64,000 bases of DNA from an uncultured cyanobacterium (lineage in GTDB: Bacteria > Cyanobacteriota > Cyanobacteriia > Cyanobacteriales > CAWCAG01), in the NCBI GenBank assembly GCA_963803805.1, contig CAWDOD010000003.1, forward strand, positions 224,001 to 288,000. Reading direction: 5' to 3'. Below the pieces are notes generated by a model that was not told where the DNA came from, made no database searches, and saw only the letters and a program-made list of their open reading frames with translations. A program made the translations under genes and the position numbers. Shown one piece after another: positions 31,216 to 39,494 of this stretch (its first letter is position 1; each line of letters begins with the position of its first letter).

Positions 31216-31276
31216 GGTAAGTAATAAGTAATAAGTAATAAGTTTTGAATTTGCTTTTACCTATTACCTATTACCT
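31216..31276. repeat. STRR heptamers (TAATAAG and TTACCTA) between convergent genes
   Basis: gtaagtaataagtaataagtaataag ... ttacctattacctattacct; roughly complementary arms. Confidence 0.6.
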
Positions 31277-31282
31277 AAACCT

Positions 31283-32860
31283 CTAATTACTAGCAACCAA
31301 CTCTTTAGTTTTAGCTAATTGTTCCCGGAAGAACTCTTCTAGAGGATCTATATGCACATCCTCAAACCACTCACTCGCTATATCTTCAATAACGTGGTGT
31401 TCTGCCACCAGTTCATCGCCGCAATAGCGTCTGACAATGGGATGAATGCCAGAACTGAGGGCAGCTTGATTAGCATCATCTTTGTGGATACGATCAACAG
31501 CAAAGGGATCAGGACTTTCGTTGATGATATCCAAACCAAACTCTAGGGTAATCACATAATAGTGGTCATGCTTACCTAAATGACTATCATGAACATAATC
31601 AATAGGTAAGTCTTCATGATATTGTGCCTCTTGCCCTTCCCCAGGTACAATCACTGTGTCACAGAGAAACCCAGTTTGTTGCCACAGTGCCGAAGTTATG
31701 TTCACTCTGTCGAGAATTGCTTTGGTTAAGCTTTCTGGGGTGGTAGCTACGGGTTGGTAAGGTAAGGGCTGATTGTAATACTTACTTTCTAGAATCTTGT
31801 GCAGGGCTTTAATGTTGTAGCGGAAGCCATGAATAAAGCCGGATTGCTTCTTCTTGTAATCCCGCATATGCATCAGCACCCCAATGAAGTACAAATCCTT
31901 AACATTGGTGGATTCCCAATCACTAGTTTGAGCTGGGAAACGGTCATTATAAGCTAGTTCAGGCTTGCAAGACTCTTCAAAAAGGGAATCATCAAAGCTA
32001 AATCCTGCACACAAAATTACCCGATCATAAACTAAATCCTCAATCTCTCCATTGGCATGGGTGTAATCGAAAGTAACCACATACTTACCATCGTCTTGAG
32101 GCTTGATTTCTAAGACTTTGGCATCAAGAACCACATTTTGGGACTTGAGTTGATAAGTATCGAGGAAGTTATTATTAACCGCCCGCAAATGGCCGACATA
32201 CTTAGTTTTCCAAGCCATGGAAACAGGATTAGGACTAACAATATGGGTTAAAGCGGTGGTTCCCATTAAATGTTCTGCTGTCTCAAACCCTGAGTTTCCT
32301 TTACCAATAATCAGTACTTTCTCATTGGCAAAATCTTCTGGATCTAAGGAGACATCGGTATAGTTTTCTGCAAACTCAATACCAGGAACATCAGGAACAT
32401 AGGGCTTAGCGAAGCCTGTAGCCACAATCAAATGCTGACAAGAGTAAACGTTGCCGTTGCTATCAATAACTAAAAAGCCATCATTTTTAGCAATCCTAAC
32501 TACCTCAACGCCATATTTAATCTTGAGTTGGTAGTAGCTAGCAAAATCATCAAGATATTTGAGGAGATCCTGGGCATCAGGTAAGTAGCTGCGGCTGTAG
32601 TTTTTGAACAGCAAATCAGGATTGTCACTTAGTAAAGAATTCCAATCCCAGCGTAGGTTGATTTCTGGATCGTCATAACCAGTATGTACTTTGTTAATGG
32701 AGATTAAAGTTCTATGGCGGGGAAGGGCTTTGAAGGTATGTCCAGGGTTTTCCCCTGCTTCTAGAATCAAATAATCTCGGTTAGCTTTCTCCAAGAAATA
32801 GCCAAGTTGTAGCCCAGCAGGGCCAGCACCGATAATGATGTAATCCAGTTGTTTAAGCAT
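31283..32860 (-). CDS. FAD/NAD(P)-dependent oxidoreductase, FOXRED2-like (class B flavoprotein architecture)
   Basis: IIGAGPAGLQLGYFL, PRHRTLISINK..TG, NLRWDWNSLLS, VATG, IIGKGNSGFE, GFIHGFRY. Confidence 0.82.
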   Translation of the reverse strand: MLKQLDYIIIGAGPAGLQLGYFLEKANRDYLILEAGENPGHTFKALPRHRTLISINKVHTGYDDPEINLRWDWNSLLSDNPDLLFKNYSRSYLPDAQDLLKYLDDFASYYQLKIKYGVEVVRIAKNDGFLVIDSNGNVYSCQHLIVATGFAKPYVPDVPGIEFAENYTDVSLDPEDFANEKVLIIGKGNSGFETAEHLMGTTALTHIVSPNPVSMAWKTKYVGHLRAVNNNFLDTYQLKSQNVVLDAKVLEIKPQDDGKYVVTFDYTHANGEIEDLVYDRVILCAGFSFDDSLFEESCKPELAYNDRFPAQTSDWESTNVKDLYFIGVLMHMRDYKKKQSGFIHGFRYNIKALHKILESKYYNQPLPYQPVATTPESLTKAILDRVNITSALWQQTGFLCDTVIVPGEGQEAQYHEDLPIDYVHDSHLGKHDHYYVITLEFGLDIINESPDPFAVDRIHKDDANQAALSSGIHPIVRRYCGDELVAEHHVIEDIASEWFEDVHIDPLEEFFREQLAKTKELVASN

Positions 32861-33144
32861 AATTGTCAGATGTTGTAGACTAGGCTCTGATGAATGGAAG
32901 ACGTTAAGTTAGCTCAATAAGATTTTTCTCGCAGCCAACAATTTAGCTATGACTTGCTAATTGTTGTCAGATGTGGATTGTCACCTGGATATTTTGGTTT
33001 GGATTAGTTCGATAAAAAACGAGAAAATTTATTTGAGTTGGCTATAAGTCTAAAAGGTAAATGTTTTCCTAAGTGTTTGCGTAACGTATATTTTTAGGCT
33101 TGCTTTGTATATTTTAGTGTTTGTTTTTCTCCTAAGCTGAAACC

Positions 33145-33185
33145 AAAAAAACCCAGGCAGAGTAAGCAAACTCCAGGCTGGGCTT
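33145..33185 (-). terminator. Probable intrinsic terminator after the second diiron-enzyme gene
   Basis: Imperfect CCCAG..GAGT/ACTC..CTGGG stem followed by a T-tract on the minus strand. Confidence 0.45.
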
Positions 33186-33236
33186 AGTTTGAAAGTAGGA
33201 ATTTTACTACCTTCGGAAATTAATTTGCAAAAAATA

Positions 33237-33959
33237 TCAAGAAAGACAGGGTAATGGCAAAGCCTGACTTTTTTGGGCAAAGGCTAACAACTCTTGGGTT
33301 AACTCAGTGAAAATAGCAAAAACCCTCTCTACCAATTCAAAAGCTTTAGTCCTACTTTGGGCCGATAGCTGAACACTCTCTAAAACAGTTTCTATGTTAT
33401 CTACACCCGTCAGGTGTCCTGTCTCAAAACTTAGGTGAAAATGTCCGAAGTAACGATAGTCTTGCTTGGTAATTTCTTTTAATTCTTGGGTAACTGTAGC
33501 AGTATTGCTAAACATCACAACACCTGCTGCTTCAATAGCTTCACTAACTGCTAGCTTGATGTTGATATCGAGTTTTTCTGCTTCAAAGATACACTGTTCC
33601 AGTAAATGGGAAACACGACGGGCAACTTTAGTCTCTTCTCCCCAAAGAAAAGCCAAAGTTGCGTTCATATCTTGCTTTTGGTTGAAGCCGAGTTTGTCTA
33701 AATCTTCTAGAAACCAACGCCAGTGGCGTTCATCTTCGTAGGTATGATTGTTAATCAGTTGCTGAATGTGATTTTGGTTAGATTCCTGGCGCAATACATA
33801 CTTGTTAAGATCGCTAAAATCCATGATGAAAGGAGCAACACAAGGGGCAAAAGCTAGCCTTTTTTGGGGGCTAATACTTTTATCCTGGAGATATACCATA
33901 AGTGGTACATGGCTAAATTCCTGTTGCTTTTGGTTGATTAAGGCAAGAACTTCTTTCAT
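33237..33959 (-). CDS. Heme-oxygenase-like diiron oxidase, AetD-like (copy 2)
   Basis: HTYEDERHWRWF, EAIEAAG, HLSFETGH; MKEVL start at 33959 aligns with the paralog start. Confidence 0.8.
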   Translation of the reverse strand: MKEVLALINQKQQEFSHVPLMVYLQDKSISPQKRLAFAPCVAPFIMDFSDLNKYVLRQESNQNHIQQLINNHTYEDERHWRWFLEDLDKLGFNQKQDMNATLAFLWGEETKVARRVSHLLEQCIFEAEKLDINIKLAVSEAIEAAGVVMFSNTATVTQELKEITKQDYRYFGHFHLSFETGHLTGVDNIETVLESVQLSAQSRTKAFELVERVFAIFTELTQELLAFAQKSQALPLPCLS

Positions 33960-34019
33960 GTTGATTCTGTTGTGTTCTAGGCTGTTTAGATTCAAAATAT
34001 TTACTTATTCAGCATTCCC

Positions 34020-34071
34020 AAAAAAAAGAGGCAGCAACCTAAATAATACTTGAGTATCCAGGTTGCTGCCT
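34020..34071 (-). terminator. Intrinsic terminator between the two diiron-enzyme genes
   Basis: Perfect 12-bp stem AGGCAGCAACCT/AGGTTGCTGCCT followed by T8 on the minus strand. Confidence 0.7.
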
Positions 34072-34102
34072 AAAGAGAGTATTTAATACTTAATCGCTTA
34101 AT

Positions 34103-34825
34103 TTAGTTAAGATGGGAAGACAGAACTTTTTGATTATTATTGGCGAAAGCTAGTAACTCGTGAGTTAGTTCTGTAAAGATATCAAAAACTCTCTCCACTA
34201 GTTCAAAAGCTTTGATTCTACTCTGTGGCGATAACTGAATATTCTCTAAAACAGTTTCTACGTTATCTGTCCCAGTTAAGTGTCCTGTTTCTAAATCCAA
34301 GTGAAAACGTCCGAAGTAACGGTAGTTTTTTTGCGTAATCTCTTGTAGTTCTTGAGCAACAGCAGTAGTGTTGCCAAACATAACTACTCCAGTTGCTTCA
34401 ATAGCTTCACTAACAACGATTCTCAAGTTAGGATCTGCTTGTTCTGCTTCTAGTAAACATTGTTCTAGTTGTTGACAAACATGACGGGAAACCCTGGTAT
34501 CTTTGCCCCAGAGAAACTTCAAAAGGTTACTCATCTTTTGTTCTCCATCGAAGCCTAATTTTTCTAAGTCTTCAATAAACCAATGCCAGTGGCGTTCATC
34601 TTCATGGGTATGCTTATTGATCAGTTTTTGGGCAGGAACAGAAGAAGATTCTTGACGTAAGACATATTTGTTAAAATGCCTAAATTCCATAGCAAAGGGA
34701 GCAATACAAGGGGCAAAGGCTAGCCTTCTTTCGGGACTAATACTTTGGTCTTGTAAGTAAGCCATTAAGGGCAATTGGCTAAATTCTTCTTTCTTTTGTT
34801 CAATAAAGCTAAGGACATCTTTCAT
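34103..34825 (-). CDS. Heme-oxygenase-like diiron oxidase, AetD-like (copy 1)
   Basis: D76, H79 (HTHEDERHW), E143 (EAIEATG), H175/E179/H182 (HLDLETGH): same ligand pattern as AetD. Confidence 0.8.
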   Translation of the reverse strand: MKDVLSFIEQKKEEFSQLPLMAYLQDQSISPERRLAFAPCIAPFAMEFRHFNKYVLRQESSSVPAQKLINKHTHEDERHWHWFIEDLEKLGFDGEQKMSNLLKFLWGKDTRVSRHVCQQLEQCLLEAEQADPNLRIVVSEAIEATGVVMFGNTTAVAQELQEITQKNYRYFGRFHLDLETGHLTGTDNVETVLENIQLSPQSRIKAFELVERVFDIFTELTHELLAFANNNQKVLSSHLN

Positions 34826-34870
34826 AGAAATTATTACACCCCAATTGTGAAAATTTTCAAATCAATTCTT

Positions 34871-34898
34871 AGTATAGCGGGGGGGGGGAAATCGGCAA
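34871..34898 (-). promoter_or_regulatory. Sigma70-like promoter with a C10 homopolymer in its spacer
   Basis: Minus strand TTGCCG-N16-TATACT; the spacer contains C10 (G10 at 34879-34888). Confidence 0.55.
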
Positions 34899-35006
34899 GG
34901 GGTAATGGGTAATGGGTAATAAGTTAAGGGTAGGGCTTGCTGGAATTGTGGGATTTGAGTGAGCAATAATAAGTGATTTAATAATTAATTACTGAAAATT
35001 TAAGCG

Positions 35007-35162
35007 ATGGTGATTGGAACTATTTTAGGAACGGCTGGTGGGGCTTTAGTTGAGTCTTGTACGGAGGATATTTTCAAGAAGTTAGTTACAGAAAATGTTA
35101 ATAGTTATTTGAATGGAAATGACTTAACTAAAGCTTTGCAAACAGCTAATAATCCCTATTAG
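35007..35162 (+). pseudogene. 5' remnant of a NACHT-HEAT-type gene ending inside a CRISPR repeat
   Basis: 51-aa frame containing VNSYLNGNDLTKALQTA vs VNSKLNGDDLCKAMNRA in the N-terminus of 24118..27318. Confidence 0.6.
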
Positions 35163-35184
35163 GGATTGAAACATGAAAATCAAT

Positions 35185-36326
35185 AGACATCTCCGAAAAA
35201 GAATCAAACTATGATAAAAGAAGATAAAATAGAATTTTTAACCAGAAATAATGAGTAAAATACTCGAATATATCCAGCAACATCCCAGAGAATCTCAGCG
35301 TTTAGTAGGTTTAAAATATGAACAGTTAGAAAAACTGCTCTCCAAGGCTATTGAACTAGAGGCTCAAAAACGAAAACTAGCGGAAGCTCAAAAAGTCAGA
35401 ATTATTGGCTCTGGAGGTGGTAGAAAAGCGAAACTATCTCCACCAGAACAAGTAATCCTAACCTTAACATATTTACGACACTTAACGACATTTCAGCTAC
35501 TAGGGATTCAGTTTGGTATTAGTGAAACAACTGCCAATAATATTTTTAACTATTGGTGTCCCCTAATAGGAGAATTATTACCAGCAAGTATCTATGAGCA
35601 GGTAAAAAAAACGAGTGTGACTATGAAATAGTCCAAGAGATGTTAGCAGAGTTCGAGTTAATTGTAGATAGCTATGAGCAGCCCATCGAAAGACCTGGAG
35701 AGTATGAAGAGCAGAAAAAGTATTACTCAGGTAAAAAAGCTAATCACACAAGAAAAACTCAAGTAATTGTTTTACCAAAAGGTCAATCTGGTCGTCGATG
35801 TTGAAGCGGGTTTACCGGGTCCAAAAAGTGATATCAAAATATTTAGGGAAACGAAAACAAAATTTAGTGAGCAGCAAAGATTTAGGGGAGATAAAGCTTA
35901 TCAAGGAGACAAATCAACGACAACGCCTCTGAAAAAGCCGAGAAAAAAACAACTAAATGCTCAAGAAAAACAAATAAATAAAGAGCTAGCTAAGGAGCGA
36001 ATATTCGTAGAACATTTAATTAGATTAATTAAGATATTTAGAGTAGCTAGTGAAAGATTCAGATTAAATTCCCATAAATATGAGCAGGTAGTTACGACAA
36101 TTTGTGGGTTAGTGAGATTAAGAATTGGTACTTCTGTGTTTTAGTGAAGATATATCTGCCCTTGCCCTTGGCAAATAACTATCTAATTAGAGCTATCTTT
36201 TTGTTAGTTATGGGTAGTAGCTTTCTCAAATACTTATTAAACCGTAGAATAGAGCTATCTTTGGGTCAAGGCAACTGCCATCTCAAAGACTGTACTGTAT
36301 AACTTTGGCTATTTCCGGAGAGGTCT
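35185..36326 (+). mobile_element. IS5-family (ISL2-group-like) insertion sequence
   Basis: TIRs AGACATCTCCGAAAA / TTTCCGGAGAGGTCT; AAT direct repeat on both flanks; HTH and DDE transposase frames. Confidence 0.88.
35251..36144 (+). pseudogene. IS5-family transposase split over three frames
   Basis: OrfA GGGRKAKL..EQ.ILTL.YLRH; A8 slip site 35604-35611; -1 frame IVDSYEQPIERP..YYSGKK; second shift near 35785; GDKAYQG, RIFVEHLIR. Confidence 0.82.
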
Positions 36327-36456
36327 AATCTAAAGAAAAAGCAAATACAAATGTTGCAACAGCTAATAATCCCTATTAGGGATTGAAACAACAGGAAAGT
36401 AAGCGCCAACATTCTTAAGCAAAGGTTGCAGCTTAAAGTACATTGACAGATAGCAA

Positions 36457-37530
36457 TCAAAAAATAAATATCTTATCCAAAGTCTCTTTCTGCAAACCAA
36501 CCACCGTAGGTTGAGGTAAACCGGGTAACAGTTGTAAATCAAACAACTCAGTACAACCTGAATCAAACCGAAGAAAGCCAACAGTTTCACCAGAGTGAAT
36601 ATTCACCACCACCACAGCGCATTGCAGCTCTTTTTCCCTCTCTTGCAGGGGCAAACCACCAAAGATTTTTTTCTCCCTAATTTGTGACAAACCAATAAAG
36701 CCATAACATCCGTAGAAAGCCAACCCCCTGGTAAATCCCGGCAACTCTGCTACAGTAGTACTTTGCCCCGTATAAAGATCCACCCTGACTAAATGCCCCC
36801 GCCCAGAATCTAGCAACCACAAACCACCATCATAAAACCGGGGAGAATGGGGCATGGCGAAACCCCGTGCTACAATTTCTCCACTAGGTATATCAATCAA
36901 GCAACCTCCTCCTACCTTGCCTTCCCGCCAGCCTCTAGGGGTATCCGTATCTCCCAAAGCTGTCACAAACTTAGGCTTTCCTCCCAAAAGTGCTAAACCA
37001 TTGAGATGACAGCGATCTTCTGCTTGCAAACTACTGATGAATAGTGGTTTCCACTGAGGTACAAAATTAAACTCTGGACTCAAAGTACATAAACAAGAAA
37101 ATCGAGTATTTACTACCCACAACTCCTCCCCAACCCAAGCTATCTCATGGACACGAATATCTCCTGTCACATAACAATGGCGGGGGACAAAACAGGCATC
37201 GTATTCTCGATTTGGTTCAACTTTGTTAGCAATTCCTGGTACATTGGCTAAAAACCAAACTTGCTTGCGAGTTCCTATAGCTAGGCGGTGAGGTTGCAAA
37301 GCTAACCCCATAACCTTTTTAAAGCTACGTAGCAAAGTGACTAGCTGACCATTTTCTGACCTCACTACCATTAGCTTCCCGGCTTGGTAAGTAGAAATAA
37401 ACAGGGAAAGGTTCAGGTTGGCTAAAAGTTCAGGAAAACCACCAGAGTGAACATAGCTAATCTTATTATTAGTCATTGCTTGGTAATCATTAATAATAAT
37501 TAATAAAACTGCCCCAAGAGGTAGGGGCAA
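36457..37530 (-). CDS. TIGR03032/DUF4915 family protein
   Basis: STYQAGKL, TGDI..HE, VNTRFSCL, EDRCHLNGLA, MPHSPR, LPGFTRGL; true start probably ATG at 37476. Confidence 0.88.
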   Translation of the reverse strand: MPLPLGAVLLIIINDYQAMTNNKISYVHSGGFPELLANLNLSLFISTYQAGKLMVVRSENGQLVTLLRSFKKVMGLALQPHRLAIGTRKQVWFLANVPGIANKVEPNREYDACFVPRHCYVTGDIRVHEIAWVGEELWVVNTRFSCLCTLSPEFNFVPQWKPLFISSLQAEDRCHLNGLALLGGKPKFVTALGDTDTPRGWREGKVGGGCLIDIPSGEIVARGFAMPHSPRFYDGGLWLLDSGRGHLVRVDLYTGQSTTVAELPGFTRGLAFYGCYGFIGLSQIREKKIFGGLPLQEREKELQCAVVVVNIHSGETVGFLRFDSGCTELFDLQLLPGLPQPTVVGLQKETLDKIFIF

Positions 37531-37626
37531 AATTATTTTCTTCGTATATGCTTATAAATACGGATATATTATCTCGAAAAGCAAAAACTACTACTTTATT
37601 TTGATTAATTAAGGAACTAATTAGCC

Positions 37627-37881
37627 ATGCAAGACGATGAATCCTTATCTGAGTTTGAGCAACCTAAAGACTATATCCCTATAGAAGAACATTCTGCTTT
37701 GCAGTTTGCTGAAAGGGAAGCTAAAGTCTCTGAAGCTATCCAACCGTCCCAAGAAGGAAGAGTTAAATTTCAAGGTAGTGAGTGGTCTGCAAAATGCTTA
37801 ACAAACGCCACCTTGCTTCCTGGTAGAATGGTTAAGGTTATTGGGGTTCAAAGTAATACTTTGGTGGTAGAACCACAATAG
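37627..37881 (+). CDS. Stand-alone NfeD-like C-terminal OB-fold protein
   Basis: GRVKFQGSEWSA...PGRMVKVIGVQSNTLVVEP. Confidence 0.8.
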   Translation: MQDDESLSEFEQPKDYIPIEEHSALQFAEREAKVSEAIQPSQEGRVKFQGSEWSAKCLTNATLLPGRMVKVIGVQSNTLVVEPQ

Positions 37882-37968
37882 GGGAACTTACTTCTAGGGG
37901 ATTTTAGCTAGCTTTGCTTTATAATTTGTCCATAGCTGCCTAAATACTTAATCCCCACCTCTCCTAAA

Positions 37969-39411
37969 ATGAGTTTCTTTGACAAACTGAACACGGCGAT
38001 CGCGCTTCATCAAACTTTGCTGGTTGCAGCACTCGATCCCAACCCAGAAATGATGCCCAAGTTTCAGGGTAGTCAAAGCGATTCTGAGCAATTCCTAGAG
38101 AATTCAAGGGCATGGCTACTGGGGATTATTGCTGCCACCTCAAACCATGTCTGCGCTTACAAGCCTACCCTCGGCTTTTACACAGCTTTAGGGGGGCAAG
38201 GATGGGAACTACTTAGGGAAGTCCTTGCTGCGGTTCCGGACCATCTACCCATCATATTAGATGCTAAACATGGTGATCTCAACACCAGCAGTATGTTTGC
38301 CCAGACTATCTTTCAGGAGTGGCAAGTAGATGCTGTTACCATTACCCCCTACGCAGGACAAGATACCGCCGTACCTTTCTTGTTATACTCAGATAAAGCT
38401 GTCTTTGTCCTTTGCCACACTTCCAATCCTGCTGCTGTCCCCCTACAAGAATATAACCACAATGACAAGCCCTTTTACCTGCGAGTAGTAGAAGAAGTAG
38501 AAACTTGGGGAACCCAAGAACAACTATGCTTAGAAGTTGGTTCCCATCTCCGGGATGTATTTGCTAAAGTTCGCTCAGTCGCCCCAGAAAGAATCATTTT
38601 AGCCCGCAGTATTTGGGCAGAAGAGACAAGTTTAAATGAAATTATTGCTGCTGGCTTAAATAAAAATGGGGAAGGATTATTAATTCCTATACCTCAAGAC
38701 TTATTAGCACAAGAAAACCTCACCCAAAAGGTTGCATCTCTTCAGAAAAAGGTCAATGAAATCAGACAAACAGTTATTCAAGAAGCTTCCAGTTGTGAAC
38801 TTTGGATGCCTGATGTTTGTTTATTAAATCAGCATCCCTATCAAGATTTGGTCTTGCAACTATATGATCTTGGTTGTATTCTTTTTGGAGATTATGTACA
38901 AGCTTCAGGAGCAACTTTTTCTTATTATGTAGACTTGCGTAAAATCATTTCTAAACCTCAAATCTTCCAACAGGTTCTTAATGCCTACGCAGATATTCTC
39001 AAAAACTTAAACTTTGACCGCATTGCCGGCATTCCCTACGGTTCTTTGCCCACAGCAACCGGTTTATCTCTGCGTCTCAACTACCCGATGATTTTCCCTC
39101 GCAAAGAAGCCAAAGCCCATGGTACAAGAAGATTGATTGAAGGTAACTTTCAACCAGGAGAAACCATTGTTGTTGTAGATGATATTTTAATCAGTGGTAA
39201 AAGCGCCATAGAAGGAGCAAATAAACTTAAATCAGGAGGATTAATTATTGAGGATATTGTGGTATTTATTGACCATGAAGGAGGCGTTAAAGATAGGCTC
39301 AAAGCTCAAGGCTATCGCGCCCATTCTGTCTTATCCATTTCTGATATTACCTCAACTCTTTACGAAGCAGGAAAAATCAATGAGGAACAGTATAGTCATT
39401 TCGTTGTTTAG
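37969..39411 (+). CDS. pyrF-pyrE: Bifunctional OMP decarboxylase / orotate phosphoribosyltransferase fusion
   Basis: ALDP, KPTLGFY, DAKHGD, TSNP in the N-half; SG..SYYVDLR, RKEAKAHG, VVVDDILISG in the C-half. Confidence 0.9.
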   Translation: MSFFDKLNTAIALHQTLLVAALDPNPEMMPKFQGSQSDSEQFLENSRAWLLGIIAATSNHVCAYKPTLGFYTALGGQGWELLREVLAAVPDHLPIILDAKHGDLNTSSMFAQTIFQEWQVDAVTITPYAGQDTAVPFLLYSDKAVFVLCHTSNPAAVPLQEYNHNDKPFYLRVVEEVETWGTQEQLCLEVGSHLRDVFAKVRSVAPERIILARSIWAEETSLNEIIAAGLNKNGEGLLIPIPQDLLAQENLTQKVASLQKKVNEIRQTVIQEASSCELWMPDVCLLNQHPYQDLVLQLYDLGCILFGDYVQASGATFSYYVDLRKIISKPQIFQQVLNAYADILKNLNFDRIAGIPYGSLPTATGLSLRLNYPMIFPRKEAKAHGTRRLIEGNFQPGETIVVVDDILISGKSAIEGANKLKSGGLIIEDIVVFIDHEGGVKDRLKAQGYRAHSVLSISDITSTLYEAGKINEEQYSHFVV

Positions 39412-39494
39412 CTCAATTACATAGCAAAAATCTCTGGCATTCTAAATCTGAGGAAATTTCAAAAGATTGCCTCTCACACCAATGATTGATTTTA

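Larger units (their letters stand above)
35135..36430 (+). CRISPR. Orphan CRISPR mini-array (type I-D-like 37-nt repeat) interrupted by an IS; 2 repeats, 1 vestigial repeat, 2 spacers
   Basis: Repeat GTTGCAACAGCTAATAATCCCTATTAGGGATTGAAAC at 36353-36389; copy ending at 35172 shares the last 32 nt; spacer 2 is 35 nt (36390-36424), then GTTGCA; no cas genes in window. Confidence 0.85.

Noticed and set aside
31283-34825. Complete aetokthonotoxin gene cluster
   Set aside because: No recognisable AetA/AetF halogenases, P450 AetB or tryptophanase AetE in the window; toxin production cannot be claimed.
36102-36590. Short ORFs 36102..36302, 36266..36460, 36363..36590
   Set aside because: They cross the IS end and CRISPR repeat and have no recognisable motifs.
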